Below, piece by piece: positions 51,601 through 64,000 of a stretch of 64,000 bases of DNA. The first letter of the stretch is position 1. Each line of letters begins with the position of its first letter. The notes under the pieces are model-generated. The model did not search any database. It saw nothing but the letters and a program-made list of their open reading frames with translations, and was not told the DNA's origin. A program made the position numbers and the translations under genes. The DNA is from Eledone cirrhosa (taxonomy: Eukaryota): the NCBI GenBank assembly GCA_964016885.1, contig OZ024743.1, positions 87,296,001 to 87,360,000 of the forward strand. Reading direction: 5' to 3'.

Positions 51601-51824
51601 AAACAACTTAAACTCAGTTTAATCTTTTAGTTGACCGGAGATGCCAGACTTGTTAGAATGTCTTAAACAGTTCATAAACATGTTCTCTTCTAGGAGTATT
51701 CTCCCCTACATACACTCCTTTCTTTAGTGCAGTAGCGTAGCTTCTGGGTGGGTGTGGGGAGGAGGGGGGAGGCGCTGCCTCTGGCGACATTTTTGGGTAT
51801 GTTGTATAAGCCTGAATAGGCTAT

Positions 51825-52021
51825 ATGCGATGGGGTGCTGAAAAGTTCCTGGCTTTAAGGGTATCGCGAATGGGTGGAGCTGTTACCTTAACTGGGGAGG
51901 TAGGATCGCTGCAATAAATGTGTGAATCTGAGAGGGGAAAATGTTGAATAAAATCATATGTAACTGATCTTCCTGTATTTTCTTTTGCCCAAAGCCACGA
52001 ACTTTTCAGTACCCCCTCGTA
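51825..52021. mobile_element. Mariner-type MITE, about 200 bp
   Basis: CGATGGGGTGCTGAAAAGTTCCTGGCTTT versus AAAGCCACGAACTTTTCAGTACCCCCTCG-TA. Confidence 0.8.
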
Positions 52022-53124
52022 CAAAGAGAGGGGCAGTGGAAAACTCTGATGTTAACCACCTATTCAGTTTCCTTAATGAAAAATGTATCCATCAATGGTC
52101 TCCTACTGCCTCTTTTCGGAATATATATCCATTCATCTCAGAGTTGATACTAAACTAGGATGTGAAGCATCCACCCATGTTATTAGTAAGCATTTTAAAG
52201 TCGATAAATAAAGTATCAGTCAAGTACTGGGGGAGTTGATTCTTCAGTATACATTGTGAAGTGTTTGATTTTAGGAAGGGTATCTTGCCATAGAAACCAA
52301 GACCAAGTGAAGTGTATGAGTAAAGTATGATCACCTGACTAGTCTAACCTCAGAACATAACAACCCGTAATTTTTATATGAAATCTGTTGGTCTTTATTT
52401 TGGGGTTAGAGGAAGATATCTTGTCCTTGTATGAGATGCCACTGTCAGGGACTCCTGTTTCTTCTCACATTCTAGATACATCAATAGCCGAACTGAATAA
52501 ATTATTGAAACACCATAATTTGTTCGTGAATTACATTTTTGAAATTATATAATTCGACTTGTTTAAGGGAGATAGACCACTGACAATCAAGTTTTTATCA
52601 TGATTGACCATTCCAGTGCCTTAGCCTCGCCATCATTAGTAGCAATGTCCTGATTGTTTTGGATCACCTCAAAAGGTTTTAGAGCGAAACACCAGCATTC
52701 CCTTTTGCAATGTATAATTGAGTGCACATGTCATTTTTATTGTCATTGTTCAATTCATCATCATCACCATTTAACATCTATTTTCCATGCATGCTTGGAT
52801 TAGAAATAGTCTGGGGCTAGACCGTTTGGCTTGGTTTCTACATCTGGATGCCTTTCCTAATGCAAACCACTTAACAGCATCTACTGGGATAATTTTATCA
52901 TGACTCCCGCATTCACACCTTACTGTCCAGACTAGGTAATATTTGTTATGGCACCAGCACTGCAAGGAAGTATGTGAGAAATAGATTTGTTCAAACATTT
53001 TCATCTTAATAAATTATAAGCTAACAATGTATAGACACCAACATACTTCATATTGTTGGATTTGATGATTTCAGTAATATTTCAGTATAAATTTAGGATT
53101 AAAACTGAGTTCACAGGATGAACT

Positions 53125-53149
53125 TTTCTACATTTCTTTTTCTCCACAG
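53125..53149 (+). promoter_or_regulatory. Splice acceptor of a 5'-UTR intron
   Basis: Polypyrimidine tract TTTCTTTTTCTCCACAG 21 nt before the ATG; candidate donor GTAAGT at 51105 is speculative. Confidence 0.65.
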
Positions 53150-53170
53150 GTTGATTGAACAAAAAAAAAG

Positions 53171-54040
53171 ATGGAGGAGGAATCAGGAAGTCATCCAGGT
53201 GAGGATAAATACAAACAAAATATTTTGGATATTTGTTCTGGCCTGTCTAATATGAAGATTTCACCCCTTAACAACAACTTTCCCTTAGGCAAATGTGATC
53301 TATGTGATGTACCAGTGACGAGCAAAATTGTTGCAAAGCAACATTATGAAGGTAGGAGACACCAAAATAATGTTAAAATTCAATCTAAACCAATCCTTTC
53401 AAACAATATACCTGAAAATTCCACACTAGTAGACACAATATTTGGGGATAGATGTGGGATATGTAATGTGGTATATACAAGTGCAGTTAATGCAGCTGAT
53501 CATCTTAGAGGCAGAAGTCACTTGAAAACCTTTAAAGAATCGTCTGTTTTGAAAATAATGGATACATTAAAGTGTGATATTTGTTCTGTTACATTTACTG
53601 GAAAAACAGATGCCTATGCTCATCGTATTAGTAAAAGACATCTGAGAGCAGTTGAAAATATAACTGCACTGAAATACAGTCCTGGCTCTTCTCCTCAGAA
53701 AACTTATCCTGATTCTAAAATGTGTGAACTATGTGATGTGCCATTGACAAGTAACATTGTTGCTAAACAACATTTTGAAGGTATAAAACACCTGAGAAAA
53801 GTTAAAATTCAATCTGAACCAATCATTTCAAACAGGACACCTTTGGAAGATAGATGTGAGATATGTGATATTGTACTTACAAGTCAAGCTCATGCTGATG
53901 AGCATTTCCAGGGCAAACCACACTTGAAAAGAAGTAAATTGTCTGTTAATAGCTCTACTGAAAAAGGATGCACTATCAAAAAACAATCTCAAGAAATACT
54001 AACTGAAAACATTTGGCAGAACAATTTAAACAAATTATAA
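53171..54040 (+). CDS. 289-aa protein with five U1/matrin/JAZ-type C2H2 zinc fingers (ZNF346/ZNF385/ZMAT-like; probable dsRNA binder)
   Basis: Five C-x2-C-x12-H-x5-H motifs with long linkers; intact ORF; in-frame TGA at 53156 fixes the start; AATAAA at about 54866 and 54881. Confidence 0.88.
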   Translation: MEEESGSHPGEDKYKQNILDICSGLSNMKISPLNNNFPLGKCDLCDVPVTSKIVAKQHYEGRRHQNNVKIQSKPILSNNIPENSTLVDTIFGDRCGICNVVYTSAVNAADHLRGRSHLKTFKESSVLKIMDTLKCDICSVTFTGKTDAYAHRISKRHLRAVENITALKYSPGSSPQKTYPDSKMCELCDVPLTSNIVAKQHFEGIKHLRKVKIQSEPIISNRTPLEDRCEICDIVLTSQAHADEHFQGKPHLKRSKLSVNSSTEKGCTIKKQSQEILTENIWQNNLNKL

Positions 54041-54919
54041 ACACAAATTGAGCAAACAACATGCAAACCTTGAGTGAAAAGTCTTCATAATCTATAATAT
54101 TTATTAATAATGGAAAATCTAAGTTGGAAAACTGAAAAGCAGGCAACCAAAGATAAGTGCTGTTGATTTAAAGTAAAAGAAAATATTGAGAAATTGCATT
54201 GGTGGTTAAATATATTTTTTTCCTATGTTTCTTTATGGTTTTCAGTTAACTGAAAAATGAATAATTTCTGATGGGTTTGAAAGGTATGTTCTTTCAAAAC
54301 ACATCAAAAGCCAGAGAAAATCATAAATTTCTCATTTAATATGAGATAGGTGTAACTGTAAAAAAAATATATATTGTCAAAATAGAGATGTTGACATGTG
54401 GAATGTTGAGAAAATAATATTGACATATTGAATGTTGACAAAATAGTGTTGTTGACATGTAGAATAGTGATCAATTGTTGACAAAGTAGATGTTGGTATT
54501 ATTTGAACTCAGAATATAATCTACAAATTATACATAGGCAGTATGATACACTTATTATGTACACAATAATTTCATTATTATTATTATAATTACCTAATCA
54601 AAACAATATTTCTAATGAAAAATGCTGTTTATGGTTTTCAAATAATTTTGAAAATAAGCTGCTGTTTGGAACATAACTTCTTACATAAAATTATAATGGA
54701 AATGTTTTTAGATAAATTAAAGTTGCTCTTGTTTTTCACCTTTTTCTTATTTGTGATTCTTTTACCTCTTCTTTTTCTTTTCCTGTTTCTCTCTTGCTGT
54801 TTTTTAATTGTAGTGGGTATTAGATAGCTCTCCTAGTCTGTCATGGCATACATTTAAATTGATTGAATAAAAATACTTAAAATAAACAGTTTTATATCAT
54901 AAAACCAAGGGTGATTACT

Positions 54920-55800
54920 CCTCCTACTTCTTGGGAGAGTTGTTGGGAGCAGAGATCACTCCAATTGATCAAACTAGATCCCCAAATGTTGATCTCATGG
55001 ATGTTATCCAAGCATATACTCATGGTCTGCCAGTTAGTTTTGCCCGTAAAATCTGTCCAACATTTCTTTTCTGAGACATTCTAAATGTTTATCTGTAGCA
55101 TTGGAGTTATGATCTCTCAATTCAGAGAAGTAGTGGTACCACCTGGAACTATGTACTTCATCGAGTAACATTACTCCCAAATCCCTTTGGGGGACCCCAT
55201 TTTGGCCGCTTGTATTCACGATCATATTCTTGTAGTCATTATCCAAGATTCGTGACCATAAGGGTTGGCGTGAATACCAAATTGAAGATAGTGAATTTGG
55301 CTTTTATACCTACCTCCCTTCCTCCGATGCCTGAATGCTGACGTTGGCACCAGCTACTGCAAGTCTTGCACTTAATTCAGCCTACTGCTTTACATCGCTC
55401 ATGAACATCGCCCCAAGGTACTTGGACTTCTCCACCTGTTTCAGTGGAACTCCACATGTAGAGTGCACTGCACAGGCTTCCTTGAGATGATGAATGCCTC
55501 AGTCTTCACAGCTCTGATTTTCATCCCTGCCATGCATTTCGGAGATCACCTTCTGATGAGTTAAGTAATACCATGTTGTCTGCAAATTCCAGCCCCTACT
55601 GATTCTACACTCACCAGCCTTGATACCACAGCCCAGCTGTGCATGTCAATCCAGTCCATGAAGATTGTGAACAGGAAAGGTGAGTGTAGGCACCCTTGGC
55701 AGAGTCCGACTCCCCCATTGAATGGTTTTGACTTAACACCATTTATCCGAATACAAATACTAGGACATTTGTATGGCGACATCAGGGTAACAAGAAGCTG
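54920..55800 (-). mobile_element. Decayed RTE LINE fragment
   Basis: VGLCQGCLHSPFLFTIFMD and RTE C-terminal homology. Confidence 0.7.
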
Positions 55801-56239
55801 AAAAATGTCACAATAATCTGCCCACTAATAAAGATACCATAAACATTTGAATTAAATCACACAAAACCCTATTAACAAGACTTTTGTAAAGAACAAAACA
55901 ACACTATGACTGCATCACATTAAATATTAAAGTCTTTACTTTAGTTAACTGAAAGGTTTCACAATGATCTGCCCTAATAAAGATACTATAAATATTTGAA
56001 TTATCAAACTTGTTTTTAGATATTTTCTGCTAAATTATTAGAGGTTGTTAAGGGTTAAAGCACAATAATAGCTACTATATCTGTGAATAAATATATTGAC
56101 ATTACTAGAGTACAAAATTCATAGTTTCTATCTAGGCTTTCAATACGAGCATGATTTGAATAGCTCACACATTGCTGGTCTTTCTAGACCACATAATTGT
56201 AATCTTACCAGCCCACACATCCCTGCTACATACTGTCCA

Positions 56240-57110
56240 TTTCTACATGTTGTTCACAAATCTCTTGCTATTAAAAAAAAACTCTTTCAGTTTTGCAGTG
56301 CTTGGATCTCCTTGGTGATGAAGCTTTCATCCTCTTGATAAAATAAGTAATCAATAGCAGATAGGAGGTCATCAACACTGTGATATTGGGTCCCAGTCAA
56401 GTATCTTTTCATGTTGGGACACAAATGATAGCCAGATGGGGCCAAATCAGTTCAAAGCCACAGTCATGCACAGCAGCCATTGAAACCAAGGACTTGTGTG
56501 CTAGAGTATTGTCCTGATGAAACAAGATCCCTTCCATCAGTTTTCCTAGGTGTTTGGTATTGATAGTCTTTCATAACTGCCTCAACAAGTTGGCATAGTA
56601 CTCTCCATTGATGGTGTTAACCTTTTGAAGGTTGTCAATTAACAATGTCTTTTTCATCCCCCAAAACAGGCCATCACCTTCCCTGCAGATGAAACGACCA
56701 TGGCCTACTTTAGAGCAGGTGAGTAGAGGTGTTACCACTGCATGGATTGTCTCTTTGACTCTGATTCAAAGTGATGAAACCAACACTTATCCTGGGTTAT
56801 TCTCAGAATATTCTCAACTCTCTAATGGGATATGCTAAGAGTATTAGTTACTTAATTTATAGTCATTTGCCTGTCATCCATCACCATGTGGTGAACACGA
56901 TCAATGTTTTCCTTGGTGGTGGCTATTTCAGGATGTCCAGAGCTTGGGTCACCTTCAAAACTTTCCCTTCCCCTTCCAAATTCAGCTGCCCATTTTTGCA
57001 CTGTTAATAAAGCTGGAGCATCATCCTCTAATGTAGCAACCATGTCATCATGAAATGTCATTGGGGGCTAAACCCTTTTTTGCTAAATTTTGTACATTTT
57101 CAAGAGAAGT
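56240..57110 (-). pseudogene. Mariner transposase remnant
   Basis: TVQKWAAEFGRGRESFEGDPSSGHP..NIDRVHHMVMDDRQMT; HQDN and DLAPS motifs further along. Confidence 0.85.
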
Positions 57111-58274
57111 CATTAGATGTCAGTTTACTGATGCAGTTATTAAGAAGAGTTGAAATTAATGCAAACAAGATTCCACAGCTCCAGCATCACTCCTTCATAG
57201 TCAGTCAATGTACTTTTGAGATCACCCTCCTATTATAACATTTGAAAGATAATCAAAACATATTTTCAACTCGCTCTTTGATCAACCAAATCGTTTATTC
57301 AGTGTCATACTTTCTGTTAGTGCCTAATTTTCAGGGGATTAGGTCGATCCTCGTTTCTGGATGAGCTTTGCATATCCATCGCTCTCAGATTCAGGGCTAA
57401 AGTCTGTAGGGAATGGAATTCGTTGATATGGAAACTCCCCCTAATTCTATGGGTCCTCATGAATTGTCATGTCGGCTACTTGCAAGTTGCTATGCTCACC
57501 ACACTGAGTTGAAACTCATAAATAATTAAACCATTCCTAGCCAAATTCAATACTCTCAGTTCTGGAGCCAGCCAAAATGCCCAGGACTGGTGGGAAGAAT
57601 TCTGGCAGTCTAATCCCTTTGCCCTTGAGTTTAGAGGTTGATGCCTCATATAGGACACCACTGTCAACTATTATTTTGCTGCAGCATTGATGAGGATCAT
57701 CACATCCATAGTTAAACAGTACAAAATTGGGAAATACTATTTATTATTGGTAAATCACATTTATAAGTTTGTGTAATTCGAAATGTTTGGGGAAGCTGGA
57801 CTGTTGGCTATGAGGTTTTTGTCATAATTACTGGAGTATCAGGTGATGTTCGTGAGGGTGCTTGGCTATTCCATCTCCTCAGTCTCGCCATCACCTGTAC
57901 ATTTTGGCATAACATTTGTTTGAGGAAAACACCAACATCCACTTTTGCAGCCTGTAATCGACTGTGTATATCTTCAGTTTTTTTTTCTTCTGTAATTTAT
58001 ATTTTTGTAAATCTTATTCATTATAATAATTGTGTTTAAAGATATTAAAAAAAAGAAAATGAGTGTGTGCATCAAAAAGAAAAGTCTCGTTTAGCCCGTA
58101 AACCAGCTAGATAAAGCAGCCATAAAAATGGAGATGATGAAGCGATGAACATGTAATATAAAAAATATGTTAAAACAAAATTTTTAAATGTAGTGGGGGG
58201 AAAAAACGAAACAAAATATACGATTTATCCACTGAACAGAACCTGTGATATTGACAGGTATGATAAAGTTACTA

Positions 58275-59475
58275 ACCTGCGAAGTGGTCATGTAGGTGTC
58301 ACGACAAAAAGCACCCAACCCACACTGTAACGTGTCGTGTAGGTGTCACGACAAAAAGCACCCAACCCACACTGTAACGTGTCGTGTAGGTGTCATGACA
58401 AAAAGCACCCAGCCCACACTGTGAAGTGGTCATGTAGGTGTCACGACAAAAAGCTTCCAGCCCATGAATTACTCTTGGGTTTCGATTAATTGTCCCCTCC
58501 CCCAGCGCTTATTAATTTTTCAGATGTTTTTCAATCCTCACCGCTCTTAACCCCCTCCTTCGCTCATTAAATTTTACTAATCTAACTCCGGCGAAATTTT
58601 ATTTTAAGTGGTAACATTCCTGCGACAATTAATTTTCTTTAGACATTAAAATACATTATAAATGACAAAAAAAGTACAGTATTAGAAATCTCATACATTA
58701 TAAAATAAATAGGATGGGCATGTAGTTAGAATGTCTCAGGAAAGAATCGCTGGACAGATTTTACAGGCAAAACCAACTGGCACGAGACCCAGGCGTAGAC
58801 CCCGAGCAAGATGGTTGGATAACATCCGTGAGCTTGGCTGGTCACGCTTGAGAATCCAACCGGATCAGTTGGAGACGGTTGCGTGACAGGACCCACTGGG
58901 AGGAGTGTTTGAGATCTCTGTCCCCGAATTGAACCACGCGAGGTGAAACAGGCAGGAAAGGAGGTGTTGGTCGAAGCTAGACTCGAGCTGCCTGAAGGTA
59001 GACCTACACTTGATGTCGTCCCAGTTACATTATACATTTGTATACTGGGGGTCGGGGAGACCTTTGTTGGTCTAGTCGGCCAGATCTTGCTCCATTTCTT
59101 GGGTCACTTCAGGTTCTGCCGTCTTGCTGAGTACCTCGCTGATAAGGGTGCGTCTGGAGGAGCTTGATGAGAAGTAGGCCGATAGTGCCAGATCTGATGA
59201 CGATCGGAGTCCGAGACCACCGAAGTTCACAGCTTCGCCTGTTGCCAGCCTGTGCTCTCGAAACTGACATTGCAAATGAGTTCCGCACGTCGGATGGTGG
59301 CATCGAGTTCACCGACGCGATCTGCGACAGTAACAAGAAGCATTATAATTACATGTATAATTTGCTTGTCACCGAAATGTGCGTAGAATATAAAATGTTT
59401 TGAATCAATGCAAACGTTTTTGTTTTTCTTTCATATATATATATATATACCTACACGACCACCTTAAAGTGTATA
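58275..59475 (+). repeat. Partial duplicate of the 40.6-43.1 kb block
   Basis: 58310-58764 matches 40655-41058; 58924-59475 matches 42536-43085. Confidence 0.9.
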
Positions 59476-59481
59476 TATACA

Positions 59482-60421
59482 CCTAGAGAAAATCAAACTT
59501 GCTTCTGTAGAATCAAAAGTGAATGCCCATTACAAGGTAAATGCAACACCAAAGCCATTGTATATGCGGCTAAAGTGACAACCATCAGCAACAACCATCC
59601 AGCCACCAGTGAACGATATGTGGGTATGACGCAAGACAAATTCAAAACGTGTTTTTACTCACATGTCGCATCCTTTCGACATCCAGAAAAAAGATTTACT
59701 ACAGCTCTGGCTAGCAGAATTTGGGATTTGAAAGACCAAGGCATCCAATATAAATTAGATTGGTCAATTTTGAACCAATCTAAAGAATATGCTAGAGGAA
59801 CAAGAAAATGCACGCTCTGCATAAATGAAAAATATTGGATATTGCAAAATCTAAAATCACCAAAGACCTGCCTGAACACAAAGACGGAAATTTTCACCAG
59901 TTGCCCACACATGAAATCACACTTGATTTCCAGCTCATATAAACTTAACACACTTTCAGATACTTCTCCTCCATAAACTCTTATTATTCTCTTTATAATT
60001 ACCCTTTCTGATTTACTTTCATTTTTATCCTTATCATTAATTTCATTTATTTTTATTTTTATTTTTATTTATATATTATTATTTTATTATTTTTTCATTT
60101 TTTATTTTTACTTCACATCCACCAATAACCCCCCCCCCTTTATTCTCCGATTCACTTACCTAATATCTTCACTTTCCATTTTTTACTTCCCTATTTCCTT
60201 CACTAACTGATTATACATGTCATTTGCGTTTTCCACTCCAGATATATTTTTTATCTTTATTTTTATTTTTTATTTTTGCGCAGCCAATCTTACAATTTTA
60301 TATTTGTACTTACTTATCTACAAGTTTTTTAGACCCTGTATCAATGTGGCTGAACGCCTTAATGTGTGTATACTTTCTATATATGTACATGAGCGACTAC
60401 GTGTGCGCGCGCGCGTGCGTG

Positions 60422-60453
<32 letters not shown>

Positions 60454-61120
60454 CGTATGTGTATGTGTCTTTATATCCGTGTTTTTTACATCTAGGTTTT
60501 ATGTTTTGTTCCTTTTTTCTTCTCCCCCTTTTTTTTACTTACTCATTTTTATGCGTGTGCATGCAAACAGGTCAATATGCGGGAGTGTAAGTATGTGTGT
60601 GTGTGTGTGTACGTATCGAGCGTATGGATGTGTAAGTGTGCGTGTGTATATAAGCATGTATATATTTGCGTTTCTTTTGTGAGATATACGTGTGTGTGTA
60701 TGTATGTTTGTCTTCTTTTCTTTCTAAATTATTGTTCCATTTTTATAAATATATCGAGATTGATACTTTCCTTTAATTATTACACTCCCTTACCTCTTTT
60801 ACTTCCGCATCTAAGTGTACGTGTATGTAGGTGTGTTTATGCGCGTGCCTTCATATTCTTATGATGTATCTATTGTCTGTAGATTACAGACATACAGATA
60901 CATTTGCCCTAAATTATATATTTACGCACACTTTTTCACTATACGTATACATATGTGCATACACATATATGCACATCTGTGAGCGTATATACATACATAT
61001 ACACACACCTAACTATATTTCTTGAAAGATTATTATATATTTCATATTCTAATTCATTTGTCTATATCTTTTTTGTTTTTTTGCTTTTCTTGATGAGACT
61101 TTCCAAGTATTTACCCATGT
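59482..61120 (+). mobile_element. Penelope-like element 3' fragment: GIY-YIG domain plus low-complexity tail
   Basis: CFC..CPLQGKC..IVY..YVGMT..ALASRIWDLK..CTLC..CPH; stop at 59976. Confidence 0.82.
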
Positions 61121-61125
61121 TTTAC

Positions 61126-62079
61126 TAGACATGAAAAATGCGCAAGCTCAAAAGTGCCACAGAATGTTATAATAAACCTTCAAAAGTGTGGGACTAGAGT
61201 TGTTGCTAAAAAATATTGTAATCATTATATATCGTACATTCTGTGGCATCCTTTATAAAAATAGCTTAAACCAACGAAGCCTTTATTTTTACGCTATTTC
61301 ACTTAGTTAATTCTTAGAGTGTAACATATAAAAATATCATTTACAACTATAAAATAAATTAATTAATATAATAACAGAGCTGCGGAGCTGAAATTTAGGA
61401 AATAATGGAGTATCGGATCCTGAGTTGGAGCCAGTCAATTTTTGGCCGACTCCGCAGCCCTGTATAATACATTTCATATTAAAGTTATTAATAAACCTAT
61501 TTTACACTTCATGCAAATTACCACGAGATATTGATATTAGATATAAGATACAGCGCAATATCTACAGCTGTAAAAGTACGAAAGCGAAGTAATAATAAGT
61601 GGCTTAAGGTAATTCCAATATGAAAGTTTGTAGTGATAAAAATTTGATAATGCAATACGATTGTTAATATTATAGTTCTATGAAAATGTAACAATAGATA
61701 ACTAAATTATTTTACTATTAGTATATTTAAGAAATTATCATTATAGATTTGATCGTTCATATAAGCATCATATTAAGTTTCAACACAATTATTTTGTTAC
61801 TATGAGTATATGATAATAATATTACGTAATTATTTATAGCTGTTATTACATTAAACATAGATGTATTTATTTTTATATGTTACACTCTAAGAATTAACTA
61901 AGTGAAATAGCGTAAAAATAAAGGCTTCGTTGGTTTAAGCTATTTTTATAAAGGATGCCACAGAATGTACGATATATAATGATTACAATATTTTTTAGCA
62001 ACAACTCTAGTCCCACACTTTTGAAGGTTTATTATAACATTCTGTGGCACTTTTGAGCTTGCGCATTTTTCATGTCTAG
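61126..62079. mobile_element. Young non-autonomous DNA element with about 210-bp perfect terminal inverted repeats
   Basis: CTAGACATGAAAAATGCGC..GTAACATATAAAA versus its reverse complement at 61870-62079; TTTA on both sides. Confidence 0.85.
61375..61462. mobile_element. Nested 88-bp hAT-like MITE
   Basis: CAGAGCTGCGGAG..CTCCGCAGCCCTG with 8-bp flanks TATAATAA / TATAATAC. Confidence 0.7.
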
Positions 62080-63204
62080 TTTAATATTTTTTTAAGGCAA
62101 CGCTTGTAATAACTCTAGTTAAACAGGATATATATTAATAATAAATTATCGTTGTAATGTAATTAGATTATGTAATTGTTATTATAAATTATCTTATAAA
62201 TATTAGTGTAAGATGTATAAAAATATTTTCAGACTTTTAATATAAACAACTACAAAAAACAATCAATATTAAATCAATATATTATACATAATAGAAAACA
62301 TAAAATATACAATACAAAAACAAAATATTTACATACAATTGCAATTATCAGTGTATATACATTTTCTTTATATTCCCTGAGCAAATTAATAAGATTTGTT
62401 TTTATTGTACATAATTTGATGACTGTATTAAAAGATGAGTGTATTAAAAGATAGCAACAATTTGTGATTAAATTGTTATCTTAAGCAACTCACTTTTTAA
62501 TAGTTGTTGGCTGAGCGAAATTGTAAAAGCCTATGAGCAAATATAAAAAAAAATACACAAACAACATTTCCTTGTGTTATTACAACATTAGATAAAATAA
62601 TTGAGCAATGTCGTTATATTTTGCTCTTATTGCACATTAATAGTGTTTCTATTTTTCGGCACAAATCCATTACGGCAGTCCATTACTGGTACTTTATTTT
62701 ATCGAATTAGTAAGTATGAAAGTCGAAGTTAACCTCGGCAGGATTTGAACTTAGAATGCAAAGGACCATAACAATACTGCAAAGCATGGTGTCTGACGCT
62801 CTACCAATACTTGTGTTGAGCTGGTCATTAATTTATGGTGGTCGTGCGTGGAGTAGAGCAATCGCTAGTTGAAATATTATGAACAAAACATTTTTATTTG
62901 CCGAAGAACATATTTTCAATACTGTTTGTGAATGTGACGAAGGAAATACATTCTGATATGGAACAGTGTACAAAGTGTGTCTGTGAATAACATAATGTTA
63001 CCTCATGTTGTTGTCAAGACATAATGGATTTCGTATATCCAGTTAGAAGATGAAACCTAGCCATCTCGGATTAGTTATATTTCATGCCATGTGTAAACGT
63101 GTTTGAGGATAGCAAAATATGCGCGTTAATTATAATAATTAGTTAATAATATTACAAAATATACCTAATTAAACTCTTTGCTTGAAATTTTATCATTCTT
63201 CGTT

Positions 63205-63260
<56 letters not shown>

Positions 63261-64000
63261 GAGATTTATCTAGTCCTTCGCTCAAGATTAATCTATAAGT
63301 TTAGATGTTTGCCTTCGTTTAAGTAAATATTACAGTAAGATTTTTAATATAAACAACTACAAAAAACAATTAATATTAAAACGAAAAAATTATCAATGAT
63401 AAAAGAAGCGGATGCAACTTTTTTTTTTATAAAGTTATATTCCTGTTTCTTTAAAGAACATTTCATTTTTGTTCTATTGTAGGCGAAATAATGCAATGGT
63501 TTAATAGGGAAGATATAACTTACGAATTATGTCTCTAACCGTGTAACGCTTTTTAAGTAGATAACTACAATTGAAAATACTAAAGAAATGGAACCAACAA
63601 TTCAATTTGAAAGTCGTCTAGTGACAGTGTATTACTGGTACTTTATTTTATCGACCCCGTAACGATGAAAGGCAAAAATGCAAATGCTTAAAATTTAAAT
63701 TGCCTTAATTCTATCGTCTGCTGTTTCATTAAAGGGAGATTATCGTCTGTATTTAATTCTATCGTCTACTGTTCCACTAAACAGATATACCTCCACTATC
63801 GTCTCTATTTATACATTTTAACTTATAACTTATACACATTTGATTTGAAATATTTTATCTAGTCCCCCCTCTCAATATTATGATGATTTCTTTCGAATGA
63901 AACAGTTCTAGTCCTGTAGAAACCATTTATATATATAATTGAACTGAGTTAAAAATTCACAATATTTATAATTAAATAAGCTCATATATATATGTGTGTA

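Overview
AT-rich, repeat-dense animal genomic DNA. The (AT)n/(GT)n microsatellites and SINE families suggest a cephalopod, probably Octopus-like; this is inference. The window is mostly transposon-derived. It holds a near-complete RTE LINE (7.5-11.4 kb) with a PHD finger inside its RT region, a decayed CsRn1-type Gypsy element (17.0-24.5 kb), and a second, folded-back LTR element inserted at the same CATG site. It also holds a 5'-inverted RTE LINE (29.8-32.7 kb), several Penelope-like elements whose terminal repeats carry minimal hammerhead ribozyme motifs, CRE-like and mariner fragments, MITEs and many SINEs. The only convincing host gene is a single-exon CDS (53171-54040) with five U1/matrin/JAZ-type zinc fingers, lying between two copies of a local duplication. 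Most short ORFs in the track are microsatellite or antisense artefacts. Repeat boundaries were read by eye and are approximate.
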